Source: Candidatus Zixiibacteriota bacterium
GTDB lineage: Bacteria; Zixibacteria; MSB-5A5; SM1-73
DNA: 64,000 nt
Assembly (NCBI GenBank): GCA_049679185.1
Contig: JBAUFO010000106.1
Span: forward strand, 223 to 64,222
Reading direction: 5' to 3'
The notes below the pieces were generated by a model. It worked only from the letters and a program-made list of their open reading frames with translations, was not told the DNA's origin and ran no database searches. This document shows, piece after piece, positions 19,408-30,739 of the stretch (the first letter of the stretch is position 1; each line of letters starts with the position of its first letter). Made by a program: the position numbers and the translations under genes.

Positions 19408-20916
19408 CTACCTTAATCCCATCTTCCTGCCCTCTATCTTCCAGGGGCTCTCTTTGCTTCTGGCCTTCGACAAAACCGGCTTGATCTTTTTCTTCTCCTG
19501 ATAATCCAGAAGGGCAGAGAAGACCGCTACTGCCTTGCGACGCTCGTCTTCGTCTTTCGCCTCGGAGGGTTTATCCTTCCCGAATTCCTCCTGGATGAAA
19601 TGAGTATGAATCTCTCCTTTCCGGAATTTCTCGTTTTGCATCACCCTGAGATGAAAGGGGATGGTGGTTGCCACCCCCAGTATTCGGTATTCGGATAAGG
19701 CCCTTCTCATCCTGTCGATGGCTTCCTCTCGGGTTTCTCCCCAGGCAAGAAGCTTGGATATTAAGGGGTCATAGAATAGCGATACCTCGGCGCCTTCGTA
19801 CAGCCCTGAGTCGACTCTTATTCCGGGTCCGGATGGCTCCCAGTAGGAATGTACCTGCCCGGTTGAGGGGAGGAAGTTGTTCTCCGGATCCTCAGCGTAG
19901 ATTCGGCATTCGATGGCCGAGCCTCTCCACTGAATATCCTCCTGCCGGTAGCTCAGTTTCTTTCCGCCGGCAATTCTTATCTGTTCTTTGGCCAGGTCGA
20001 TTCCGGTGACCATCTCAGTAACCGGATGTTCCACCTGCAGCCGGGTGTTGGACTCCAGAAAATAGAACTTCCGGTCGGAATCGACCAGAAACTCTATGGT
20101 GCCCGCATTAACGTACCCCGAAGCCTTGGCTGCAGTCACGGCAGCTTCTCCCATGGCCTTTCGCATCTTCTCATCCACCACCGGAGAGGGGGACTCCTCC
20201 ACCACCTTCTGATGTCTTCTCTGGATGGAGCATTCCCTTTCGCCCAGATGGATCACGTTGCCGAACTTATCCGCCAGCACCTGAATCTCCACGTGTCTGG
20301 GCCTCTCCAGGTACTTCTCGATATAAATCCTGGGATCGGCAAAGGACGACTTTGCCTCGGAGCTGGCCGCCCTCAGGGCGCTTTTGAGCTCGCTCTTTTC
20401 TCTTACGATTCTCATCCCCTTGCCTCCACCGCCACCCACGGCCTTGATGAGGATGGGGAGCCCCACCTCTTCTGCTACGGAATCTCCCTGGTCATCCGAG
20501 CCGATCTCCACCTCGGTTCCGGGCACGATGGGAACGCCCGAGTTTCTCATGGTCTTGCGAGCCGCCACCTTGTCGCCTAAGAGCTTCACCGCTTCGGCCG
20601 GAGGCCCGATGAAAATCAAGCCCTCGGATTCGACCCGCTTCACAAACTCATAGTTTTCAGCAAAGAACCCGTATCCGGGATGAATGGCTTCCGCGCCCGA
20701 CTCCTTCGCCACCTCCATGATCCTGTCCATATTCAAATAACTCTGGGTGGCCGGAGCCGGACCGACGAGGTAGGCTTCATCCGCAAGGCGGACATGCAGA
20801 GCCTTGCGGTCGATTTCGGAGAAGATGCCCACGGTCCTGATCCCCATCTCCCGGCATGCCCGGATTATCCTGACCGCTATCTCCCCCCGATTGGCTATGA
20901 GAACCTTCTCAATCAT
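19408..20916 (-). CDS. accC: biotin carboxylase (acyl-CoA carboxylase biotin carboxylase subunit)
   Basis: MIEKVLIANRGEIAVRIIRACREMGI N-terminus, ATP-grasp core. The start is chosen at the second ATG (20916), which has a purine-rich SD; the ORF track's first ATG (20940) lacks one. Confidence 0.9.
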   Translation of the reverse strand: MIEKVLIANRGEIAVRIIRACREMGIRTVGIFSEIDRKALHVRLADEAYLVGPAPATQSYLNMDRIMEVAKESGAEAIHPGYGFFAENYEFVKRVESEGLIFIGPPAEAVKLLGDKVAARKTMRNSGVPIVPGTEVEIGSDDQGDSVAEEVGLPILIKAVGGGGGKGMRIVREKSELKSALRAASSEAKSSFADPRIYIEKYLERPRHVEIQVLADKFGNVIHLGERECSIQRRHQKVVEESPSPVVDEKMRKAMGEAAVTAAKASGYVNAGTIEFLVDSDRKFYFLESNTRLQVEHPVTEMVTGIDLAKEQIRIAGGKKLSYRQEDIQWRGSAIECRIYAEDPENNFLPSTGQVHSYWEPSGPGIRVDSGLYEGAEVSLFYDPLISKLLAWGETREEAIDRMRRALSEYRILGVATTIPFHLRVMQNEKFRKGEIHTHFIQEEFGKDKPSEAKDEDERRKAVAVFSALLDYQEKKKIKPVLSKARSKESPWKIEGRKMGLR

Positions 20917-21016
20917 ATTCTCTCTGTCTAGTTGCCCCATTCATGGGGCGATTTTATGGCCCGATGAGCGGACGCCTATACAGGCTCGTCTGAGCTCCCG
21001 TCCGGGAATCGGGGGA

Positions 21017-22567
21017 CTACAACGGTATATTGCCGTGTTTCTTCGGGGGCAGCGACTGCCTTTTGTTTTCTAACAAGGATAATGCACGTATCAAACGGGG
21101 TCTGGTGGTTTTGGGCTCGATAACGTCATCCAAGTACCCTTTTTCCGCCGCGACGTATGGGTTGGCGAACTTCTCTCTGAACTCCTCCACCTTTTTGTCT
21201 ACGGCTTTTTCAGGGTCCTCCGCCTTGGCGATTTCCTTCTTGAAGATTATCTCCACCGCCCCTTTGGGGCCCATCACGGCTATCTCCGCGGTGGGCCAGG
21301 CGTAGTTGACGTCGGCCCGGACGTGTTTGCTGGACATGACGTCGTACGCGCCACCGTATGCCTTGCGGGTAATCAGGGTCAGCTTGGGCACCGTGGCCTC
21401 GCAGTAGGCATAAAGCAGCTTGGCCCCGTGCTTTATGATTCCCCCGAACTCCTGGGCCGTCCCCGGCAGGAATCCGGGCACGTCCACAAAGGTGACTAAG
21501 GGAATATTGAAGGCGTCACAGAACCGGACGAATCTTGCCCCTTTGAGGCCGGAGTTTATGTCCAGCACGCCAGCCAAGACCCCGGGCTGATTTCCCACAA
21601 CTCCGACCGATTTCCCTCCCAGCCTGGCAAAACCCACCACCAGGTTGGCGGCATAATGCTCATGCACCTCCAGAAACTCGCCGTGATCCACAACCCTCTT
21701 GATCACGTCCCTTATGTCATATGGCTTGTTGGGGTTTTCCGGAACCAGAGAATTCAGCTCTTCATCCATTCGATCAACCGGATCGGTGCATTCCATCCCT
21801 GGAGGGTCCTCCATGTTGTTCAGAGGTATGTAGGAGAAGAGCCTTCTGACCAGGGAGAGGGTCTCCACCTCGTTTTCACCGACGAATTGCGCCACCCCAG
21901 ACTTGGTGCTGTGCACCTCCGGCCCGCCCAAATCCTCGTAGGTCACATCCTCATGGGTGACGGTCTTGACCACGTTGGGCCCGGTGACGAACATGTAAGA
22001 GGTGTGCTTCACCATGAAGATGAAGTCGGTGATGGCAGGGGAATAGACCGCCCCTCCCGCACAGGGGCCCAGAACCACCGAGATTTGAGGGATGACCCCG
22101 GAGACCAGGGTGTTGCGCAGGAATATATCCGCATACCCTCCCAGGCTCTCCACTCCCTCCTGAATCCGGGCGCCACCGGAGTCGTTCAAACCGATGACCG
22201 GCGCACCCACCTTCAAGGCCGTGTCCATTATCTTACAGATCTTTTCCGCATGAGTCTCGGACAACGATCCGCCGAACACGGTGAAATCCTGAGAGAAAAC
22301 GAAAACCAGCCTCCCGTCTATGGTGCCGCAGCCGGTTACCACCCCATCGCCTAAGTATCTTTCCTTTTCCAGCCCAAAGTCCCGGCAGCGGTGCTGGACA
22401 AAGGTGTCGAACTCCTCGAAACTCCCCTCGTCTAAAAGCAGATCCAACCTTTCCCTGGCGGTCAGCTTACCCTTTTTATGCTGCGCGTCTATCCTTCTTT
22501 GCCCCCCGCCTAATTTCGCCTGCTCCCTTAACTTTCTCAAATGCTCGATCTTTTCTTCTAATGACAT
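21017..22567 (-). CDS. pccB: acyl-CoA carboxylase carboxyltransferase subunit (propionyl-CoA carboxylase beta / methylmalonyl-CoA carboxyltransferase family)
   Basis: 516 aa; N-terminal [45 protein letters not shown] typical of the PccB/MmdA family. Confidence 0.9.
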   Translation of the reverse strand: MSLEEKIEHLRKLREQAKLGGGQRRIDAQHKKGKLTARERLDLLLDEGSFEEFDTFVQHRCRDFGLEKERYLGDGVVTGCGTIDGRLVFVFSQDFTVFGGSLSETHAEKICKIMDTALKVGAPVIGLNDSGGARIQEGVESLGGYADIFLRNTLVSGVIPQISVVLGPCAGGAVYSPAITDFIFMVKHTSYMFVTGPNVVKTVTHEDVTYEDLGGPEVHSTKSGVAQFVGENEVETLSLVRRLFSYIPLNNMEDPPGMECTDPVDRMDEELNSLVPENPNKPYDIRDVIKRVVDHGEFLEVHEHYAANLVVGFARLGGKSVGVVGNQPGVLAGVLDINSGLKGARFVRFCDAFNIPLVTFVDVPGFLPGTAQEFGGIIKHGAKLLYAYCEATVPKLTLITRKAYGGAYDVMSSKHVRADVNYAWPTAEIAVMGPKGAVEIIFKKEIAKAEDPEKAVDKKVEEFREKFANPYVAAEKGYLDDVIEPKTTRPRLIRALSLLENKRQSLPPKKHGNIPL

Positions 22568-22845
22568 GATCCACTCACCTGCAAAAGTGATTTAACAGCA
22601 AGAATCTACACTGCCGCGTTGCTTTAAACACAACACGTAGCTCTTGAGTACGCGTTCTGGCAGGGCTGAATGCCCTGCCCTATGTGTCCGAGATCGTCGG
22701 AACGTGATCATGTTCACTCTCCCATAGGGGCGGGAATTCATCCCGCCCGAATCCGAAGACGGTAGCCGCCCCGCCATCGGTGGGGCGATACGCCTGCGCC
22801 CGAACGGGCGGCTACCTTTAAGCGCTGCTAGAATATGTTCTCATA

Positions 22846-23685
22846 TCAAGAATAGACTTCCGTCGCCGTAAATACTCCTTCCTTCTCTTCGATCTTGCTT
22901 AGCTTCACCCTCAGATCGTGATCGAAAGCCAAAATCCAGCCATCCTCGGAACACATTTGCAGAAACCTCTTCTTCTGCTCCATGGTCTCCCGAGGGAAGA
23001 GGTCAACCGAGGCCACATAAGGTATTCTCAGATGGTGAGTGGAGGGTATGATATCACCTGCCCACAGAATACGGCTCTCCCCGTCTTCAATCAGCACCGC
23101 CTGATGACCTGGGGTATGTCCGCCGGTGTTGGCCAGAGTTATGCCGGCTGCCACCTCAGTAACGCCGCCAATCAACTCCAGCAGCTTCTCTCGCTCCAAT
23201 ATCTTCAGGTTCTCCGTGAAGTAACTGGCAGACGTCCGTTCGTCCGGATGCATGGCCTCTTCCCATTCTTTGATCTGCACCACATGCCGGGCGTTGGGGA
23301 AACGGGGGACCTTTCTTCCGTTCTTGTCTAAGCTTATCACTCCGCCAGCGTGGTCGGCGTGAAGATGAGTTAGGAGCACCAGGTGTATGTCTTCCGGAGC
23401 CAGATGATGCTCGGATAATCTCTTCTCGAGATTCGACGCCCTTTCAATCCCGAACACCTTCTTCTGCCTCTCGCTTAAGGTATCTCCAATGCCTGCGTCG
23501 ATTAAGATGTTCTCCCCGTCGGCCTTGATTAAAAGCAGGTTGATATCCAGCTTCACCATGTTATTCTCGTCGGGAGGATACACCTTCTGCCAGATGATCT
23601 TCGGAACCACTCCGAACATAGCTCCACCGTCTATCTTGAAGCTGTTCTCCACGATGGAGAAGATCTCAAACTTACCGAATTTCAC
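22846..23685 (-). CDS. MBL-fold metallo-hydrolase
   Basis: HxHxDH motif (LTHLHADHAGG) and downstream His/Asp ligands. Confidence 0.7.
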   Translation of the reverse strand: MKFGKFEIFSIVENSFKIDGGAMFGVVPKIIWQKVYPPDENNMVKLDINLLLIKADGENILIDAGIGDTLSERQKKVFGIERASNLEKRLSEHHLAPEDIHLVLLTHLHADHAGGVISLDKNGRKVPRFPNARHVVQIKEWEEAMHPDERTSASYFTENLKILEREKLLELIGGVTEVAAGITLANTGGHTPGHQAVLIEDGESRILWAGDIIPSTHHLRIPYVASVDLFPRETMEQKKRFLQMCSEDGWILAFDHDLRVKLSKIEEKEGVFTATEVYS

Positions 23686-23732
23686 AGCACTCCCTTCGCT
23701 TCAAGGTGAACACGCCGGAAGAGCCCTGTTCC

Positions 23733-23843
23733 GTCATTGCGAGGAACGAAGCGACGAAGCAATCCCTTGAGATTGCCGCGTCGTCCCCCGCCAGAGGGGT
23801 ACCCGTACGGGCTCCCCAGAGGAGGGGGACTCCTTGCAATGAC
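23733..23843. repeat. structured intergenic element family E, copy 3 (divergent; closing stem gtcattgcgagg / ccttgcaatgac)
   Basis: Same length class (about 111 nt), same gtcatt...aatgac/gtgac terminal inverted repeat and cgaagcg core; located after the acyl-CoA dehydrogenase stop. Confidence 0.5.
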
Positions 23844-23904
23844 ACTACAATTCTGCCGTTTGTTATCGGGTATCCCGGCTTCGGAGGGAAACCCGACCTG
23901 CCAT

Positions 23905-25047
23905 CTATCTTAAATAATTGGCGGCGATCACCAGCCTTTGAATCTCAGACGTTCCCTCGTAAATCTCGGTGATTCTCTGATCGCGGTAGATCTTCTCTAT
24001 CTCCGAGAATTCGCCGATATACCCGTATCCACCATGAATCTGCATGGCCCGGTCGCAGATGAAATTAGCTGCCTCGGATGCAAACAGCTTCGCCTGTGCC
24101 GCCGCCAGGTTAATGGACTCGCCCCTGTCTTCCATCAGGGCGGCTTTGTAAGTTAAAGCTCTTGCTGCCTCAAGACGGGTGCTCATGTCCGCGATCATCC
24201 ACTGAATGGCCTGGAGTTTTCCGATAGGTCCGCCGAACTGTTCCCTTGTTTTGGCGTACTTGACCGACTCATCGAAAGCTCTCTGTGCTATCCCCACCGC
24301 CTGAGCCGCCACGCCGATCCGGGCGCCGTCCAGAGTCTTCAGGGCCATCTTGAAACCTTTGCCGAGCTCACCCAACAGGTTTGACCGCGGAACGCGGACG
24401 TTCTCGAGTTTCAATTTTGCCGTCGTCGAAGCTCGCAATCCCATCTTCCACTTGAGCATTTCCGACGAGAATCCTGGCGTATCCTTCTCCACCAGAATGG
24501 CCGACATCTTATCTCTCTCGCCCTCCTCCACGATCTTGGCGATCAACACGGTTACGTCTGCCACGTCTCCTGAGGTAATGAAGGTCTTCTCTCCGTCTAT
24601 GACAAAATGATCCCCGTCTATCTTGGCGGTGGTCTTCTGGTTGGCTGCATCCGATCCGGCAGTCGGCTCGGTTAAGGCAAAAGCGGCCAGCATCTCGCCC
24701 TTGGCGATCTTAGGCAGGTACTTCTTCTTCTGCTCCTCTGAGCCGAATTTCTCTATCGGATATGAGGCTAAGTTGTCCACAGCCATTATGATGGAGCTGG
24801 AGGCGTCAAACCAGGCTATCTCCTCGATTAAGGTGGCATACTCTATCTTGCTTTTTCCCAACCCCCCGTGTTCCTTTCCCATGGGAAAGGCCATAAACCC
24901 GGCTTCCGCCATCTTCCCGAACAACTCGCGGGGAAACTCCGCCGGCTTTCGATCCATCTCCACGGCGATGGGAGCTATATGTTTTTGTCCAAACTCCTTG
25001 GCCATATCCCTCACTGTCTGCTGACTTTCGGCTACGTTGTAGGTCAT
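23905..25047 (-). CDS. acyl-CoA dehydrogenase (short/branched-chain type)
   Basis: 380 aa, typical ACAD fold signatures (FALTEPTAGSDA, IYEGTSEIQRLVIA). Confidence 0.85.
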   Translation of the reverse strand: MTYNVAESQQTVRDMAKEFGQKHIAPIAVEMDRKPAEFPRELFGKMAEAGFMAFPMGKEHGGLGKSKIEYATLIEEIAWFDASSSIIMAVDNLASYPIEKFGSEEQKKKYLPKIAKGEMLAAFALTEPTAGSDAANQKTTAKIDGDHFVIDGEKTFITSGDVADVTVLIAKIVEEGERDKMSAILVEKDTPGFSSEMLKWKMGLRASTTAKLKLENVRVPRSNLLGELGKGFKMALKTLDGARIGVAAQAVGIAQRAFDESVKYAKTREQFGGPIGKLQAIQWMIADMSTRLEAARALTYKAALMEDRGESINLAAAQAKLFASEAANFICDRAMQIHGGYGYIGEFSEIEKIYRDQRITEIYEGTSEIQRLVIAANYLR

Positions 25048-25340
25048 GTCTCCTCCAATTCCGTTTTAGGGTTAACCGATCGATTGTAATTTGCTGCAAA
25101 GCGGTGCGGCGTAAATCCCAAAAGGTACGCAACCGTATAATCTATGGATTTTTTCGCTATAAAACAACAGGAAAATGAAGATTAGAAAAAAGAATTTGTT
25201 CAGAAGCGGAACGAGGGAGAAAGTGCGCCGCTGGTGGAAGATCGGGTACTGTGTAAGTATCAAGAGGACCAACGAGAGCTTTTCTTGCTCAGGAGGTTTT
25301 TAGAATCGCTTCGGCTGGAAAAGCCCTGGCGAAAAGGTGG

Positions 25341-25760
25341 TTAAAGTATCTCTTCTTCCTTTCGCCTTTCACCTACTGCTTTCCTGACATACTCTATCGC
25401 CTCGGTGGTGGTGGTTCCCGGGGTGAAGAGCATCCCCACGCCGATCTTCTGCAGCTTTTCCACGTCCTCCTTGGGGATGATTCCTCCTCCGAAAAGAAGC
25501 ACATGTTCGGCTCCTTTTTCTTTCAGAAGCTCTTTTACCCTGGGAAACAGGGTCATGTGGGCGCCGGAGAGGATGCTCATCCCGATGGCATCCGTATCCT
25601 CCTGGATGGCCGCTTCCACGATCATCTCGGCGGTTTGCCTCAAGCCGGTATAGATCACCTCGAACCCGGCATCCCGGAAGGCCGCCGCGATAACCTTGAT
25701 CCCCCTGTCGTGCCCATCTAAGCCGGGCTTGGCCAGAAGAATTCTGATTTTTCGTGCCAT
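25341..25760 (-). CDS. cobalamin-binding small subunit of an acyl-CoA mutase (IcmB/MutB C-terminal-domain-like)
   Basis: 139 aa; [29 protein letters not shown] has the DxHxxG B12-binding motif. Confidence 0.8.
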   Translation of the reverse strand: MARKIRILLAKPGLDGHDRGIKVIAAAFRDAGFEVIYTGLRQTAEMIVEAAIQEDTDAIGMSILSGAHMTLFPRVKELLKEKGAEHVLLFGGGIIPKEDVEKLQKIGVGMLFTPGTTTTEAIEYVRKAVGERRKEEEIL

Positions 25761-25968
25761 AGATTTCCTTTCTTCGTAAACGAGTGTTGAATCTATTGTT
25801 GGTCAGGGGTACCCATACCCTTGACCTGGGTATGTTTCGGGGTGAGGGCACCCCGAAACAACGCATATTCCGTGTTCTGTCAGGGCCTAGTCCTCACAGG
25901 TCTGGTTGCATTAGGAGTTACTCCTGACGCAACTCTGAATTCGCAATCTGAAGATTGCGGCTACACTA

Positions 25969-26026
25969 CCTCTCCCCCTTTTGTTCCCCCTCTCCACACT
26001 TGTGGAGAGGGGGACAGGGGGTGAGG
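25969..26026. repeat. repeat family B, copy 2 (double palindrome: outer ctcccccc/gggggtgag, inner ccccctctcc/ggagaggggg)
   Basis: Nearly identical in architecture to 58054-58107; additionally flanked by direct repeats gagt(t/a)(a/g)ctcctgacgcaac at 25911-25930 and 26040-26062. Confidence 0.6.
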
Positions 26027-26105
26027 TTTGTTCATTGCGTCAGGAGTAGCTCCTGACGCAACATTCAAACTTTTGCACTCCCGTCTTGACCCATGACTCT
26101 TGACT

Positions 26106-27776
<1,671 letters not shown>

Positions 27777-27885
27777 ACGGATCACCTCTTTTGATTTCTT
27801 GATGCTGGTATTCACTCAAACCGTACTTGAAAAGAATTTACTCACAGTCTCCAAAAAAGTCAAATCCGAAACACCCTAACCTTTT

Positions 27886-27978
27886 ATCTCACCCCCTGTC
27901 CTACGGATCTCCGACCCATTGGGTCTTCGATTTCCCCCTCTCCGTTTTACGGAGAGGGGGTCTAAGGGGGAGAGGTTC
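27886..27978. repeat. repeat family B, copy 3 (with about 35-nt internal insertion)
   Basis: tctcaccccc...ccccctctccgttttacggagaggggg...aagggggagagg between the IcmA-like mutase start and the meaB stop. Confidence 0.55.
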
Positions 27979-27984
27979 TTAGTT

Positions 27985-28938
27985 CTATTGACCTGAATTG
28001 TCTACGTTGATCTGAGCGAAAATCCTCTCGCCAGCGGAATAAGGATCATCCTCCCCCCGGAAAACACTCTCCGCCAACTGGTCTAAATCCAAAGAGCTTA
28101 GAACCTTCTCATCGATTACATCTTTTATCTTTAGCTCTACAATCCTCTTTATCTGTGCCTTTATCTGGCACTTCCTGTGCTTTTCAAAGTAGTGATTCCC
28201 TATGATGAACTTCCTGTGCTGGCTGATCTTGGAGAGCAAGAGGTCTATCCTTTTATCATTGACCGCCTCGGTTGAGATCACCGGGTACTCCCACTCTCCA
28301 TCCTTGCGGCGGATGTCGAGGATCATCTCCAGCTCGCCGGCGATTCTCTTGGCCCCTTCCCGGTCGGATTTATTGACCACGAATATATCGGCGATTTCCA
28401 TCAAACCGGCCTTCATGGCCTGGATGGAATCGCCCGACTCCGGCACCAGCACCACCACGGTGGTATCACAGGCATTCACCACATCCAGCTCCACCTGCCC
28501 CACTCCCACGGTTTCGATCAGAATGTAATCCTTGCCAAAGGCATCCATGACTATTGCCACCTCCTTGGTGGTGGTGGCCAGTCCCCCGTAGGATCCCCTG
28601 GTGGCCATACTGCGAATGAAGACTCCCTCCCGGGTGGTCAGATCCTGCATGCGGATGCGATCTCCCAGAAGGGCGCCGCCGGTAAAGGGGCTGGTCGGAT
28701 CTACCGCGATTATCCCCACCCTCCGGTCTTCTTCAACCAACAAAGAGGTCAGCTTATCCACGATGGTGCTTTTTCCGGATCCCGGAGGACCGGTGAATCC
28801 GACGCGGTATGCCTTGCCGGCCCTGGGGTAAAGTTGCGCTAATACTCTCCTGTAGTCAGGAGACTGGTTCTCCACGTAGGAGATTATCTTGGACAGGGCG
28901 ATTCTGTCGCCCTGGTTGAATCTCTCGAGTATGCTCAT
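27985..28938 (-). CDS. meaB: MeaB/ArgK-family G-protein chaperone for B12-dependent mutases
   Basis: P-loop GFTGPPGSGKST and ArgK/MeaB architecture, immediately upstream of the mutase genes. Confidence 0.85.
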   Translation of the reverse strand: MSILERFNQGDRIALSKIISYVENQSPDYRRVLAQLYPRAGKAYRVGFTGPPGSGKSTIVDKLTSLLVEEDRRVGIIAVDPTSPFTGGALLGDRIRMQDLTTREGVFIRSMATRGSYGGLATTTKEVAIVMDAFGKDYILIETVGVGQVELDVVNACDTTVVVLVPESGDSIQAMKAGLMEIADIFVVNKSDREGAKRIAGELEMILDIRRKDGEWEYPVISTEAVNDKRIDLLLSKISQHRKFIIGNHYFEKHRKCQIKAQIKRIVELKIKDVIDEKVLSSLDLDQLAESVFRGEDDPYSAGERIFAQINVDNSGQ

Positions 28939-28995
28939 ACAGATGGAATGAAGCTTCTTGGATTTACCGCTCTACCTTCGCTCCCAATTCAAAAC

Positions 28996-30735
28996 TTAGA
29001 TTATATGATCAGAGATCTTTAAGTCCTTTATCCTTAGTTGGATTTTGTAGGTATCGTTCCAAAAGTTAGTCTCCGCTACGTAGGCTAAGTCGACGCGGAT
29101 TCCCTTCATGCAGAGGATTTTGGCCAGATCACCCATCCCAAAGCCGATGCAGTCGAAAACAGGTCCGTCCTTTTTTACCCTCATGCGCAGATGATTCTTT
29201 CCCACGACGTAGGGCTCGCCCCAGACACGCAAACTTCGGCTGACGAAGACCGGCCGCATGTTTTGTGGACCGAAGGGGGCAAAAAGATCTAAAATCCTGA
29301 TCAGCTCTGGATTGACCTGATCGAGGTCCAACTCGGCATCGATGGTCAACCTGGGAATCAGATCCTCCCGGGAGAGCCTTTCGCCCGACACTCTCTTGAA
29401 TTTCTTTCGGAAGGGTTCGACTTCCTCCGGGGATATGGAAAGGCCTGCCGCATACTTGTGCCCACCGTATCTGATGAGATGCTCTTCGCATTCAATTATA
29501 GCCTCGTAGAGATCAAACCCGCGTATGCTCCGGGCCGACCCCTTACCCTCCTCCCCCTCGATAGCGATCATTACCGTGGGACGGTGGTATCTTTCTACCA
29601 GGCGGGAGGCGACGATTCCGATCACCCCCTGGTGCCAGCCGGAAGACGCCAATACTATGGCTTTGTCACTGGTTAAATCCACCTCGTTTTCGACCATCTC
29701 CAGGGCTTCCCTTAAGGTGGTCTCGTCGATGGTTTTTCTACGTCGATTCTCCTCGTCTAAAACACGGGCCATCTCTGCGGCTTTAGACTCGTCCCTGGTG
29801 GTAAGCAGCTTGATGGCCAGATCGGCATCTCCCAGCCTCCCCACGGCATTTATACGCGGAGCCAGAATGAAGACCACCTGTCCGGTTCCGATTCTCTGAC
29901 CCAGGAGCCCGGAGACGAATATAAGGGACTTCAAGCCGGGCTTGTTGGTTCTGGCTATCTCGGCCATGCCGAATTTAGTCAGGATTCGATTCTCCCCCAC
30001 CAGCGGAACGATGTCGGCCGTGGTTCCCAGGGCCACCAAATCCAGATGCTCCTCCAACTCCCCCTCATCCTGTGCCAGCCTCCTGTAGATGGCCTGGGCA
30101 AGCTTGAAAGCCACCCCTACGCCGGAAAGCTCACCCCCCTGGTATTGGCCGCCCTTAATGGCCTTGGGATTGATTATGGCAGACGCATCGGGCAGGATGT
30201 CCTTGGGTTCGTGGTGATCGGTGACGATGGTATCGATACCCTTACCTTTGGCGAAGGCTATCTCCTCCACGGCTGTAATCCCGCAATCGACCGTGACGAT
30301 CAGTTTAACCCCACGCCTTTGCGCCTCCTGGATGCCCTCCTCCGAGAGGCCGTAGCCCTCGATCAGCCGGTTGGGCAGATAGTAAGTGACCTCTCCCCCC
30401 AGCTTGTTCAGTATCAGAAACAAAAGAGAGGTTGAGGTTATGCCGTCCACGTCATAGTCGCCGAAGATCATGATCTTTTCCCTGTTCCTCAAAGCCTGGA
30501 TGACTCGATCCACCCCCTTTTCCATGTCCGGCAGAACAAATGGATCCACCAGGTTTTCCAGGGAGGGAGTAAGGAATTCCTCGGCCCTGGCTTTGGTGTC
30601 AATACCCCGGCTGATCAGGATTCTGACTGCCACCGGGGGCAGCGAAAGCTCCGAGGCCAACTGGCTCACCAGCGCCTGGTCCGGCTCAGGTGACAACTCC
30701 CATTTTGGTTCCATCAATCTCTTTTGTGTCTCCAT
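28996..30735 (-). CDS. recJ: single-stranded-DNA-specific exonuclease RecJ
   Basis: DHH motifs (GDYDVDGITSTSLL, DHH... ) and DHHA1 domain. The start is moved to the internal METQKRL so that it does not overlap the upstream gene by 56 nt. Confidence 0.85.
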   Translation of the reverse strand: METQKRLMEPKWELSPEPDQALVSQLASELSLPPVAVRILISRGIDTKARAEEFLTPSLENLVDPFVLPDMEKGVDRVIQALRNREKIMIFGDYDVDGITSTSLLFLILNKLGGEVTYYLPNRLIEGYGLSEEGIQEAQRRGVKLIVTVDCGITAVEEIAFAKGKGIDTIVTDHHEPKDILPDASAIINPKAIKGGQYQGGELSGVGVAFKLAQAIYRRLAQDEGELEEHLDLVALGTTADIVPLVGENRILTKFGMAEIARTNKPGLKSLIFVSGLLGQRIGTGQVVFILAPRINAVGRLGDADLAIKLLTTRDESKAAEMARVLDEENRRRKTIDETTLREALEMVENEVDLTSDKAIVLASSGWHQGVIGIVASRLVERYHRPTVMIAIEGEEGKGSARSIRGFDLYEAIIECEEHLIRYGGHKYAAGLSISPEEVEPFRKKFKRVSGERLSREDLIPRLTIDAELDLDQVNPELIRILDLFAPFGPQNMRPVFVSRSLRVWGEPYVVGKNHLRMRVKKDGPVFDCIGFGMGDLAKILCMKGIRVDLAYVAETNFWNDTYKIQLRIKDLKISDHII

Positions 30736-30739
30736 GCCA

